Assembly (NCBI GenBank): GCA_963707915.1
Contig: OY970178.1
Location: 768,001-832,000 of the forward strand
DNA length: 64,000 bases
DNA from: Candidatus Eiseniibacteriota bacterium
GTDB lineage: Bacteria > Eisenbacteria > RBG-16-71-46
Reading direction: 5' to 3'
Part shown: positions 1-9,711 of the stretch, piece after piece
Position numbering within the stretch: the first letter of the stretch is position 1
Layout of the letters: every line of letters begins with the position of its first letter
Notes under the pieces: generated by a model
Told to the model about the DNA's origin: nothing
Databases searched by the model: none
The model's input: the letters and a program-made list of their open reading frames with translations, nothing else
Program-made: the position numbers and the translations under genes

Positions 1-95
1 GTCCTCGGGGAAGCCCCCGAGCGGCCGCGCCACCGCTGCGCGCCGGGGGATGTGGCCTCCGAATCGGCATTGTCTGCCATGGAGTTCACCCAGAC

Positions 96-1863
96 ATGAG
101 CAAGACCCAAGTTGCGAGCCAGAACCGCTCGCTCCCGAAGGCCGCGACCGGCATCGCGGGACTCGACGAAATCACCGGCGGCGGCCTGCCGCGCGGCCGG
201 CCGACGCTCGTCAGCGGCAGGGCCGGCTGCGGCAAGACCCTCTTCGCGATGGAGTTCCTGGTCCGCGGCGCGACCGCAATTCGGCGAGCCCGGCGTGTTC
301 ATGGCCTTCGAGGAGACCGCCGAGGAACTGACCCAGAACGTCCGCTCCCTCGGCTTCGATCTCGACGAGCTCGTCGCACGGAAGAAGCTGCTGATCGACT
401 ACGTCCGCGTCGAGCGCAGCGAGATCGAGGAGACCGGCGAGTACGATCTCGGAAGGCCTGTTCGTCCGCCTGGGTCACGCCATCGACATCGATCGGCGCC
501 AAGCGCGTCGTGCTCGACACCATCGAGGCGCTCTTCGCCGGACTGTCCAACTCCGGCGCGTCCTGCGCGCCGAGCTGCGCCGGCTGTTCCGCTGGCTCAA
601 GGACAAGGGCGTCACGGCGGTCATCACCGGCGAGCGCGGCGACGGCACGCTCACCCGCCACGGTCTCGAGGAGTACGTCTCCGACTGCGTCATCGTGCTC
701 GACCACCGGGTCACCGAGCAGCTCTCGACCCGCCGGCTGCGCATCGTCAAGTACCGCGGCTCGGTCCACGGCACGAACGAGTACCCGTTCCTGATCGACG
801 AGGACGGCATCTCCGTCCTGCCCATCACCTCGCTCGGCCTCAAGCACGAGGCCTCGACGGAACGGATCTCCACCGGGGTTCCCCGCCTCGACGCCATGCT
901 CGGCGGCAAGGGCTTCTACCGCGGCAGCAGCGTGCTGGTCTCCGGAACCGCGGGCACGCGGCAAGACGAGCCTCGCGGCGCACTTCGCCGACGCGGCCTG
1001 CCGGCGGGGCGAGCGCTGCCTCTACTTCGCCTTCGAGGAGTCCGAGAGCCAGATCGTCCGCAACATGCGCTCGATCGGCCTCGACCTGATGCCCTGGCTG
1101 AAGAAGCGGCGTGCTTCGCCTCCACGCCACGCGGCCCACGGCCTACGGTCTCGAGACGCACCTCGCCGCGCTCCACAAGCTGGTGGGCGAGTTCGAGCCC
1201 AGGGTGGTGATCGTGGACCCCATCACCAACTTCCTGAAGGCGGGCACCCACGTGGAGGCCGAAGCGATGCTCATGCGTCTCATCGACTTCCTCAAGGCCC
1301 GGCAGGTCACCGCGGTCTTCACGAGCCTGACGCTCGGCGGCGGCATCCAGGAGCAGACCGACATCGGCATATCGTCGCTCACCGACACCTGGCTGCTGCT
1401 GCGCGACATCGAGCTGGGCGGCGAGCGCAACCGCGCCATGTACGTCCTCAAGTCCCGCGGCATGGCCCACTCCAACCAGATCCGGGAGTTCCTCCTGACG
1501 GATCACGGCGTCGAGCTCAAGGACGTGTACGTCGGTCCGGAGGGAGTGCTCACCGGATCCATGCGCATGGCACAGGAGGCGCGCGAGAAGGCCGCGGCGC
1601 TCGGCCGGCTGGAGGAGATCGGCCGGCGCCAGCGCGACCTGGATCACAAGCGCCAGGCCCTCGAGGCCGGGATCACGGCGCAGCGCGCCCGGTTCGCGGC
1701 GGAGGCGGAAGATCTCGAGTTGCTCATCTCCCAGGACCAGGCCGCCGCCGGCCGCGCGGCCGAGGGACGCGAGAAGCTGGCGCACAGCCGCAAGGCCGAC
1801 GAGCCGGTCCATGGAGCAGGCAACGGTTCCCGAAAGACCCCCAGATCGGGAGGACGCAAGTAA
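96..1863 (+). CDS. kaiC: Circadian clock ATPase KaiC (KaiC2-like), broken by about 6 frameshifts in this sequence
   Basis: Pieces in alternating frames: [31 protein letters not shown] (Walker A), [20 protein letters not shown], second P-loop SGTAGT(G)[25 protein letters not shown]. Apparent extra bases near 276, 451, 487, 558, 959 and 1107. Confidence 0.92.
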
Positions 1864-2222
1864 TGCACGACCAAAGCAAGCCGCAGGCCCTGGAGACGTT
1901 GGACGACTCCGCGCAGGTGGACCCGAATATCTGGGAGCTCCGACTGTACGTCGCGGGCAAGACGGCGCGATCCGTCGCCGCGCTGGAGAACCTCACCAGG
2001 CTCTGCGAGGAGCACCTCCCCGGCAAGTACCGGATCGAAGTGGTCGACCTGCTGGTCCACCCGAAGCTGGCCGAAGGCGACCAGATCATCGCGATCCCCA
2101 CATTGGTCCGCAAGCTGCCGCAGCCGATCCGCAAGGTGATCGGCGACCTGTCGAATACCGAGCGCACGCTGGTCGGACTTGCAGCTGCGTCCGTCCAAAT
2201 CGTAGTCACGCCGGTGCGATGA
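1863..2222 (+). CDS. kaiB: Circadian clock protein KaiB
   Basis: ATG overlaps the kaiC stop (TAATG). Motifs [19 protein letters not shown] and [23 protein letters not shown]. Removing one base near 2178 gives the end [11 protein letters not shown] at 2205. Confidence 0.93.
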   Translation: MHDQSKPQALETLDDSAQVDPNIWELRLYVAGKTARSVAALENLTRLCEEHLPGKYRIEVVDLLVHPKLAEGDQIIAIPTLVRKLPQPIRKVIGDLSNTERTLVGLAAASVQIVVTPVR

Positions 2223-2317
2223 ATCGACCGCAGCCCGGGTGCCGGCAGCCCGTCCAGGGTCTGCGAATGCAACGACAGGCAATGAGGCGATCGTCCGACA
2301 CCGTCCGAGACTCCGCC

Positions 2318-3975
2318 ATGAACGCCCACACCATCGAGGAGTTGCAGCTGGAGAACCAGCGACTGCGTCACCGGCTGGCGGAGGCCGAGGACGCGCTCCG
2401 TGCGCTCCGCGCGGGGGAAGTGGACGCGGTCGTCGTGGGCACCGATGGCCCGCAGGTCTACACGCTGGATGCCGCCGGCAAGCCCTATCAACTGTTGGTC
2501 GAGCAGATGCCCCAGGCCGCCGCTTCGTTCACGATGGACGGGGTCATCCTGCACGGCAACAGCCGCTTCGCCAGCCTCCTCGGACGACCTCTCGAGATGC
2601 TGGTCGGCAAGCCGATCTACGACTTCCTGGCCGACGAGAGCCGTGCCCCCTTCGCGTCCCTGCTGCGAGATGTCCAGGCCGCCGAGGTTCAGGCAGAAGT
2701 GATCCTGCGACGGGCGGACGGCACGCTGATACCCGCATACCTCGGCATCAACGCGTTGCGTGAAGGCCCGCTCGGCGTATGCCTGGTGGTCACTGATCTG
2801 ACCGAGCAGAAGCATTATGCCGAGTTGAAGCTCGCGCAGGAGGCCTTGCGAGAGGCCGACCGTCGCAAGAACGAGTTCGTCGCCATTCTCGCCCACGAGC
2901 TGCGCAATCCCCTGGGCCCGATTCGCAATGCGGCGCGCATCCTGAAGCTCAAGGGGGCCCTGGCCCCGGAGTTCAGGGTTCCGATCGAGATGATCGAACG
3001 GCAAACGGAACAACTGGCCCGGCTGCTTGATGACCTTCTCGATGTGTCCCGCATCACGCGCGGTGCGCTGGAGATGCGTCGAGACCGCGTCGTGATCTCG
3101 GGCATCGTCGAGGCATCGGTGGATGCCTGCCGTGAAGAACTGCTGCAGCGAGGAGTCGACCTGCGCGTGAGCCTTCCCGCCGAACACACCGAGCTTGTGG
3201 CGGACCGCGCCCGTCTCATTCAACTGCTCTGCAACCTGATCACGAACGCGGCAAAGTACACCCCATCGGGCGGGCATATCGAACTCACGGTAACAGCAAG
3301 CGACGGGATCCTGAGGACTTCCGTGAAGGACAACGGCCTGGGCATCCCCCCCGAGAGGTTGACGGATATCTTCGAACTCTTCGCGCAAGTGGACCGCTCG
3401 TCTGAACGGTCAGGAGGCCTCGGCATCGGACTCACGCTGGTTCGTCAGATCGCCACGCTCCACAATGGCAGCATCGAGGCGCGAAGCGGGGGGATTGGCC
3501 ACGGCAGCGAGTTCATCCTGACATTGCCCATTGCGGCCGCTACGGCGGCGGCGCCGGCAATGGCTCCCGTTCGGGCCCCGCGGCTGCGCCGAGACGCGTT
3601 CTGGTCGTGGACGACAACCGTGACGCGGTCGAGAGCCTGGCAATGCTGCTTGAAGTCGCCGGGCACGAGGTCCACTCTGCACTCGACGGGGATGCAGCCA
3701 TTGCCCTGGCCCAGGAATGCCGGCCAGACGTCGTACTTCTCGACCTCGGGATGCCCAAGGTCAGCGGCTACGAAGTGGCCCGGCGCATTCGCGAGCATCC
3801 TTGGGGCAAGAAGATCTATCTGGTGGCACTGTCGGGCTGGGGCCAGGCGGACGACAGGATGCATACGCAGGAAGCGGGCTTCGATGCCCATCTCGTCAAG
3901 CCAGTTGCTCCAGAAGCTCTCGAGCAACTTCTCAAGACGATGAACGCCCGACCGACTAGTCCCGCCTCAGCCTGA
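2318..3975 (+). CDS. PAS-domain hybrid histidine kinase with C-terminal receiver domain (frameshift near 3580-3600)
   Basis: Coiled coil, PAS, H-box EFVAILAHELRNPL, N-box NLITNAAKYT, G-boxes DNGLGI and GGLGIGL. Receiver VLVVDDNRD...LLDLGMP...KPV lies in another frame (ORF 3607-3975). Confidence 0.88.
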
Positions 3976-4204
3976 GCCTTGATCACAGCACCTCCCATTG
4001 GAGATCTGCTCCGCGATGCGCTGGTTGGTCTCGAGGCCGACCCCGAATCCCTGATCGCCGCTCCAGCCGGTGGAAGGGGTGAGGGCAACATGTAGCACCC
4101 ACATCGGCCTTAGTTCGTGAGGCTAGACATGTGCGCACCGTCTACCCGACCGCGTGCCTGATTACTTCCGCGCGCGATGAAGTCGTGCTAGCGTGTTGCC
4201 GCAC

Positions 4205-4241
4205 GGCCCCGCAGCTCAGACGGATAGAGCAGCGGTTTCCT
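4205..4241 (+). repeat. 5'-half copy of tRNA-Arg(CCT), putative att site, interrupted by an IS at the anticodon loop
   Basis: GGCCCCGCAGCTCAGACGGATAGAGCAGCGGTTTCCT matches 9712-9748 at 36/37 nt. The match continues with AA at 5672-5673 once the IS is removed. Confidence 0.9.
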
Positions 4242-4261
4242 TCTGTGAAGCGGCCGCCCCT

Positions 4262-4532
4262 GTCAAGCGCGATGTGCGGGTACGTCGTTCTTGAGTGGAT
4301 GGTTCCAGTGGCCTCCTCCTGCTGTGGAGCCAGCCCGGCGTTGTCCTCGGCGAGGTTCCTCACCCTTCTGTCCGCGCTCTTCAGTGGCGGCCCGCAGGCT
4401 GCCGGCGCAAGAGGATCGTGCGATGGGGCGGAGGCGCCATCTAATGAACGGCCTCGACTGCAGCCATAGGAAACTACGCGCTCATCCGCCCCTTGTTCGT
4501 GAACGTCGCCCAGGGATGGAGATGATTCGCCG
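4262..4532 (-). ncRNA. Candidate bridge/seek RNA in the IS1111 right end
   Basis: Stem 4425-4432/4485-4492 closes an internal loop with GUUUCCUA (4474-4467) and UUAG (4444-4441), which match the insertion target. ACAGAAG (4371-4365) matches the donor junction. Boundaries are approximate. Confidence 0.7.
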
Positions 4533-5570
4533 TCACGCGACGTCGGCCTGCAGGCGTGACCGTCGCTCTGCCTTGCCGAACTCGGTCTCATCGCGCCACA
4601 TCGCGAACAGGATCCCGGCCAGCTTTCGAGCTAGAGCCACGATGGCGATGCGCTGACCACGACGCAGTGCGATGCGCTGTGCCCACAACCTCAACTCCTC
4701 CGTGCGCGAGTGCCGCGATCGGAGGATCGACCAGGCTGCCTCGACCAGCAGCCAGCGCAGACGGGTGTTGCCGGTCTTGGTGATAGCTCCGCGTTGCTGA
4801 CGTTCGCCGGAACTGAACTCGCTCGGGACCAGCCCGAGGTAGGCCTGGACCTGGTGTGCGCCTTCGAACCGCTGGACTAGATCGAGCGTCGAGACGAACG
4901 CCACCGCGGTCACCGGCCCGATGCCGGGCGCCGTGCACAAACGTTGCACGACCGGGTCCCCATCGACGATCTGTTCGATCGCCCGCTCGACGACCAGCAT
5001 CTCTCGGTTCACGCTATCCATCACGGCCCGCAGAGGCGCGATGATGTCGTGCAACCACTGCGGCGTTTCGATCTCGTCCATGCGCTTGCCGAAGCTCGAA
5101 GCCTGGCCGCTGCGCACGCGCAGGCCCTCGCGGCGGAGCAGCGCGCGCACGACCTGGATCTGCCGCACCCGTGTGCGGACCAGGTTGTCGCGCACGGTCA
5201 GCAGGGTTCGCACGCGTCGCTGGGGCTCTGAGGTGCGGTGCGCCCCGCGGTAGGCGCCGAGCCGGCAAGCATCCATCAGCGCTTGAGCGTCCCGGCGGTC
5301 CGTCTTCACCCGGCGGCTGCGAGTGGCGTACATCGGCGCGAAGTTGGGATCCGCCACGATCACCTCGTGCCCCAGCTCCTCGAGGCAGCGGGCGACCCAT
5401 TCGCTCTCGGTCGAGGCCTCGATCAGGATGCGGGCCCGTGGGCGCTTGCCCAACGCCTCAGCGAACCGGTCGTGACGTGTCAGGATGCGCCGCTCGACAA
5501 TCTCGCCGTCATTGCTGAGCCGACAGATTTGACTTTCATTCTTGTGGACGTCGATGCCAATATACTCCAT
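4533..5570 (-). CDS. IS110-family DEDD recombinase/transposase
   Basis: MEYIGIDVHK start, IEAS, KTDRRDA, APGIGPVTA, AYLGLVPSEFSSG (catalytic Ser region), ITKTGNTRLRWLLVEAAW, VALARKLA. Confidence 0.96.
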   Translation of the reverse strand: MEYIGIDVHKNESQICRLSNDGEIVERRILTRHDRFAEALGKRPRARILIEASTESEWVARCLEELGHEVIVADPNFAPMYATRSRRVKTDRRDAQALMDACRLGAYRGAHRTSEPQRRVRTLLTVRDNLVRTRVRQIQVVRALLRREGLRVRSGQASSFGKRMDEIETPQWLHDIIAPLRAVMDSVNREMLVVERAIEQIVDGDPVVQRLCTAPGIGPVTAVAFVSTLDLVQRFEGAHQVQAYLGLVPSEFSSGERQQRGAITKTGNTRLRWLLVEAAWSILRSRHSRTEELRLWAQRIALRRGQRIAIVALARKLAGILFAMWRDETEFGKAERRSRLQADVA

Positions 5571-5927
5571 GGCTGACCTCCCAGTTCTTGCGGCTCTGAC
5601 CGCGTTGAACATCCTGTGGACCCGGCAACGGGTACCACGTCAGGCTGGGGGTCAGCCGCTTCATCTCATCTAACGCGGGACCGCATGAATACAGGGTGAA
5701 ATGGGCCTTGCGGCCTAGCAGGCGACGCGCGTACTACTTAGCATGAGCCCCAACGGTCTAGATTCCGTTGGGGCTCGTGCTGTCTCGAGACTGGAAGAGA
5801 CGGCTCGGGACCTGAAAGGACGCTGAGACCGGGACCACACCGGGACCAGACAAGTGCTGACACGGACGGCGGGCGGGCTGGCGCTCCGTGAGAGCATGGA
5901 CGTAGGTGGACGGCTCAATCTTGGCGC

Positions 5928-6581
5928 ATGGGCATGAAGACCGGAGGACACGTGGCGGGCGCATCGCGAGGACGGTACTCATTGGGGGCTCTCAGGGGCC
6001 ACACGGAGCACATTCGCATCAAGTCTCGGCGAAAGCTCCGGGGAACCAGTCCTGAGCTAGATGAGGCGTTTGCCGTCCTCGCGCGGTTCATTGGGGAGCT
6101 TGAGGGGCTGCCCCGCTGCCTAGCTCCGAACGTCCACTTGCTCTTGTCGTGCCGCTTCATGAATCAAGTTTACGCTGCGCTCCTTCTGGCGGAATCGGGC
6201 CTCTTCGCAGAAGCAGCGATCTGCGAACGGGCGGCGATCGAAACGCTCTCGGCGGCGAAGCTCCTGCAGGTCAATCCGTCGATTGAGCAGCAGTACGAGA
6301 GTGGGCGGTTCCTGAAACCAGTTGAAGTGCGCAAAGAGCTGGAACGGCTCGGCTACCCTGAAGAAGTGGAGTGCCTACGAGGGCTCTACGGCGTCACGAG
6401 TGATGTGATGCACGTATCACGTGCGGCTGAGAGGTGGAGCACGAAGTGGCTCTCAGCCGATGAAGGGACGCTTCTGCTCGGCGGGAAGTACTCGCATACA
6501 GACCTGGAGAGCTTCACAGGGGTGCTGGTGACACTGACGCGTTGGTTCGCATCTGATCTGGAGAGCAATGCGAAGCAGTAA
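5928..6581 (+). CDS. Hypothetical protein, DUF5677-like helical family (tentative)
   Basis: 217-aa ORF with R-x3-E (ERAAIE) and Y-x3-S-x3-H (LYGVTSDVMH) patterns. Start uncertain. Confidence 0.6.
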   Translation: MGMKTGGHVAGASRGRYSLGALRGHTEHIRIKSRRKLRGTSPELDEAFAVLARFIGELEGLPRCLAPNVHLLLSCRFMNQVYAALLLAESGLFAEAAICERAAIETLSAAKLLQVNPSIEQQYESGRFLKPVEVRKELERLGYPEEVECLRGLYGVTSDVMHVSRAAERWSTKWLSADEGTLLLGGKYSHTDLESFTGVLVTLTRWFASDLESNAKQ

Positions 6582-6748
6582 CATGGGGCAGCACCCGCTG
6601 CCTGGACGGGGGAGTCCGAGGCCTCTACGCGGCCTGGTGTCTCACTTGGCAACGCGCCCAGGCTGCACGAGCTTCGTGAGAATGGGCCAGAATGGGCGGT
6701 CTCGGGCATCGGAGCACATTCGAAGGGAGGGTGACAGCCGTGGCCCCC

Positions 6749-7195
6749 ATGTGGACTGACATCGTGCAGGCTTTGGGAGCTATCGGCACGCTACTGGTTG
6801 CGGTCGTCGGGTTCTGCTTCGTTGTTCGGCAACTGACGCAACTGGAGCGTCAGATCAGAGGCACGACGCATAGCGCGCTTTACGGCCAGGGCTTCGATCT
6901 GATGCAGTCGTTGGCCGCGACGCCGGAGTTGAGGTCGTACTTCTTCGACAATGAGGCCCTACCTGATGACCCTCATCTCAAGGCGAAGGTGTTGATCGCT
7001 GCCGAGACGGTTCTCGACTTTCACGAGCACGTCGCGGTTCAACGGTCCAACCTCCCTCGGGAGGTGTTCGCTCGATGGGAGGTATACATCCGGTCGATGC
7101 ACAAGAGCAGCATCGTGCTGCGCAACTACTTGAAGCTCCATCGTGAATGGTATGCGGAGGAGTTGTCCACGTTGCTGGCACATGGAGGTGATTAG
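6749..7195 (+). CDS. Hypothetical protein with N-terminal transmembrane helix
   Basis: MWTDIVQALGAIGTLLVAVVGFCFVVRQL hydrophobic start followed by a helical domain. Confidence 0.7.
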   Translation: MWTDIVQALGAIGTLLVAVVGFCFVVRQLTQLERQIRGTTHSALYGQGFDLMQSLAATPELRSYFFDNEALPDDPHLKAKVLIAAETVLDFHEHVAVQRSNLPREVFARWEVYIRSMHKSSIVLRNYLKLHREWYAEELSTLLAHGGD

Positions 7196-7430
7196 CCCGA
7201 CCGTCCCGGGATGGGCCTAGCGAGGTGGAGGGGAGAGGCGTCGCCGAGGGCGCGGATAGCACTTGCTCGACCGCGCGTCGAGATGCGACCCCCTTGGCCT
7301 GAGTGCGCAGAACTCGAAGTCAGGGGACGGTGGCGGACGAGCACGACAGGGGCAGAGTGGACTCTGAGCGACGGATGGGAGGGGTTGGCGGCAGTAGGTG
7401 AACGGTACGGGACCGGAGGGGGGCGAGACC

Positions 7431-8003
7431 ATGAGACTGACGGGGGCAACGGCGGTCGTGGTGGCGACGCTGCTGGGGGCGGTCGTTACGGGCGACGCGC
7501 GGGCCACTGAGGAGTCCCCGCTAGAGGTCGCGCAACCGATCTGGTGCGAGAACGGCGTCGTCGTCTCGACCGTCACGGTCATTGTGATGAGAGGATCGGC
7601 GTGGCCAGGACTTGCGGTTGCGTGGACGGCAAAGCCGAACTTCGTACAGCGAGAAGGGAACGATGCGCCGCTCAGTCGAAACGCGGCAGCGATGTACGGG
7701 ATCGAGGTGAAGGTGTTGGAGGGGCGAGGTTGGCCGAGCCAGGCCTTCTCCTATGCCGACACGCTGGACACGCTGAATGTAGTCCTGGATCTTCGGAGGC
7801 TGAATCCAGGCGCCTCCTACTTGGCTGATTCGCTGGTGGTGGAGGCCACGGTGGAGTGCATCCTGACGAACGCAGGGCATGATCAACCATCGGCCCGCCA
7901 CGTGAATCTGACCGTCGAGGGGTCGCAGCGTTATGCCTACCTCCAACGGGTGTACCCGCTGGGCGACTATCGGACGCTTCCTCGACGTCGGGCCTTTGAC
8001 TAG
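7431..8003 (+). CDS. Secreted hypothetical protein
   Basis: GGAGG upstream of ATG. Signal peptide MRLTGATAVVVATLLGAVVTGDARA. Confidence 0.7.
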   Translation: MRLTGATAVVVATLLGAVVTGDARATEESPLEVAQPIWCENGVVVSTVTVIVMRGSAWPGLAVAWTAKPNFVQREGNDAPLSRNAAAMYGIEVKVLEGRGWPSQAFSYADTLDTLNVVLDLRRLNPGASYLADSLVVEATVECILTNAGHDQPSARHVNLTVEGSQRYAYLQRVYPLGDYRTLPRRRAFD

Positions 8004-8491
8004 GCGGGCCGTGGCCCGCCGGAGGATGTGACGGCGGGGTGGCTCGCACGATGCCGCGCAGGTCGAGACGCGATTCCCTTGGGAGACTCGAAGCGTTGAT
8101 TCGAGAGCACGAGCCCGCGTTAGTCCTGCTGGATGTGGATGAGGCGCCAAGCGAGGCGGGGCAGATGAAGGCGAATGCCTTGTGCAGGCGGCTGAACGTG
8201 GCGTTGCTGTTCTTCGTGGGGCAACGCGGGCCGGATGGGCGGGTCGTGGACCCCGGGAAGGGCCCCGCGTCGCGCGGCCGACTCTGCTTGGCTTACTCTG
8301 CCGGCCGGGCGAACTTCCGTTTCACGCGAACGTCCACCATCCGCCGGATGGCCGGGCAAGCTATGCGACCCCACTCCATTCTCCGAAACATGATCGCACG
8401 GAATTCCTGCCGCCATGATAGGCTTGAGTCGTTTCGCGTTCAGGGGAACGCCTGAGTCCCCGTCACTTTGCGGTTAGAGGAGGCCGCCGCC

Positions 8492-9067
8492 ATGCGAACC
8501 AGCCCTGCTCTGATTGCAGCCCTGCTCCTTCTGCTGTCGGCGCCCGCGGGTGCGGACGTGTTCGAGATTCCGCTTCCCGAATTGGCGTGGACCTACGGAC
8601 CACAAAGTCCCGACCCGCGGACTGTCACGTTCCACCTTCCTGGCATTCCAGCCGTCATTCACGGCGCGTCCTTGCGTGTTCGAGGCACGACCGAAGTAGG
8701 CATCGTCCGCTGTGACCCCCCGCGTGGGGATTACCCCTGGGTGCCCTCTACCCTGGGCGAGATGTTCGCCGGGCCGGAGCAGTATTGGACCAGCCAAGCC
8801 ACGAATCCGCCGGTGGCCGGAGCGTTCGAGATGGTCACCCCGTTCGTGTTCCTTTCGTTCGACCACACCCCCGCGAATTGGACCTTCCTGGCCGACGGAG
8901 AGGGCACGATCTGGTTTTACGGGGCCATGGTGAGCGAAGTTCTCGATTGCATCTACTTGAATCCTCCATCGGTCACCGTGACGGAGGCCACGCTGATCTT
9001 CGACGCGGACTTTCTCGTGCCGACCCAAGCCCAGTCCTGGGGACGAATCAAGGCCGCGTACCGCTGA
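8492..9067 (+). CDS. Secreted protein with C-terminal SWGRIKAAYR motif
   Basis: GAGGAGG RBS, signal peptide ending AGA, C-terminus VPTQAQSWGRIKAAYR. Confidence 0.85.
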   Translation: MRTSPALIAALLLLLSAPAGADVFEIPLPELAWTYGPQSPDPRTVTFHLPGIPAVIHGASLRVRGTTEVGIVRCDPPRGDYPWVPSTLGEMFAGPEQYWTSQATNPPVAGAFEMVTPFVFLSFDHTPANWTFLADGEGTIWFYGAMVSEVLDCIYLNPPSVTVTEATLIFDADFLVPTQAQSWGRIKAAYR

Positions 9068-9225
9068 TTGTTCGTCGCGCCTGGAAGCACATCGCGTCGG
9101 CCGTGACGGGCGTGGCGCCCATCCTCCCTTGGCTAAAGTAAGGAAAACCAAAAATGAAGGGACTGGAAGGGATAACCGGGTAGGGTGGTTCAGTTTCCCC
9201 TTGACAAGTCGGGCAGTGGACGCCC

Positions 9226-9651
9226 GTGAAGAGCAAGCTGTACGCGGGTGAGACGCTCCTAGGCACGCTGACGCCATCGGGGCCACCTGCCGCGGGGTTC
9301 TGGGCCTCATACACATTCGACCCTGAATCGGCGTTTGAAGCCTACCGGGCGACACTGGCGGGGGTGAGTCGGTCGGAGCTTGATTGGGTCCAGGCCAGTG
9401 AGGATCCTGCCGCCATGTTCGCGGAGGTGGCTGCCGCTGCCGACAGGCGTTGGGCAGCAGCGGAGAAGCTGAACCTCCGGATGGTCACAGAGGGGTGGCC
9501 GGACAGTTTGCTCACGTGGATTCTCATCGATGGTAACCGCGCAACCGTGCGGGGCGCGCACCTGCGTTTCGAAGCAAAGGGGAATCCGGGCAGCGGCGAG
9601 GTCTCTGAGACCGGCACCAAGACCGGCACCAGACCCGGAGAGAGAGGTTGA
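9226..9651 (+). CDS. Hypothetical protein
   Basis: 141-aa GTG ORF with protein-like composition. Its tail runs into the tandem repeat. Confidence 0.5.
   Translation: MKSKLYAGETLLGTLTPSGPPAAGFWASYTFDPESAFEAYRATLAGVSRSELDWVQASEDPAAMFAEVAAAADRRWAAAEKLNLRMVTEGWPDSLLTWILIDGNRATVRGAHLRFEAKGNPGSGEVSETGTKTGTRPGERG
9608..9631 (+). repeat. Perfect 12-bp tandem repeat AGACCGGCACCA x2, possible integrase arm-type sites
   Basis: Units at 9608-9619 and 9620-9631, then a partial GACC, about 80 bp upstream of the tRNA. Confidence 0.6.
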
Positions 9652-9711
9652 GGGGATGCCGTTGGCGAGTTGCGTAAGTCGAAGCGTGCAAGCGATAGTG
9701 GCCCGCGTTGT

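Larger units (their letters stand above)
4242..5671 (-). mobile_element. IS110-family insertion sequence, IS1111 group
   Basis: CT core at both junctions (4240-4241 and 5670-5671). Sub-terminal inverted repeats TGAAGCGGC (4246-4254) and GCCGCTTCA (5655-5663). Short upstream end and about 290 bp non-coding downstream end. No target-site duplication beyond the core. Confidence 0.88.

Noticed and set aside
96..3600. Programmed frameshifting or pseudogenisation of kaiC, kaiB and the kinase
   Set aside because: The breaks are mostly single extra bases without slippery motifs, cluster at the window start, and leave all motifs intact. Sequencing error is the simplest explanation; raw reads are needed to confirm.
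5660..9700. Integron cassette array (TCTAAC at the IS end, short co-oriented genes)
   Set aside because: No repeated attC palindromes with matching RYYYAAC/GTTRRRY ends and no intI. The tRNA att explains the boundaries better.
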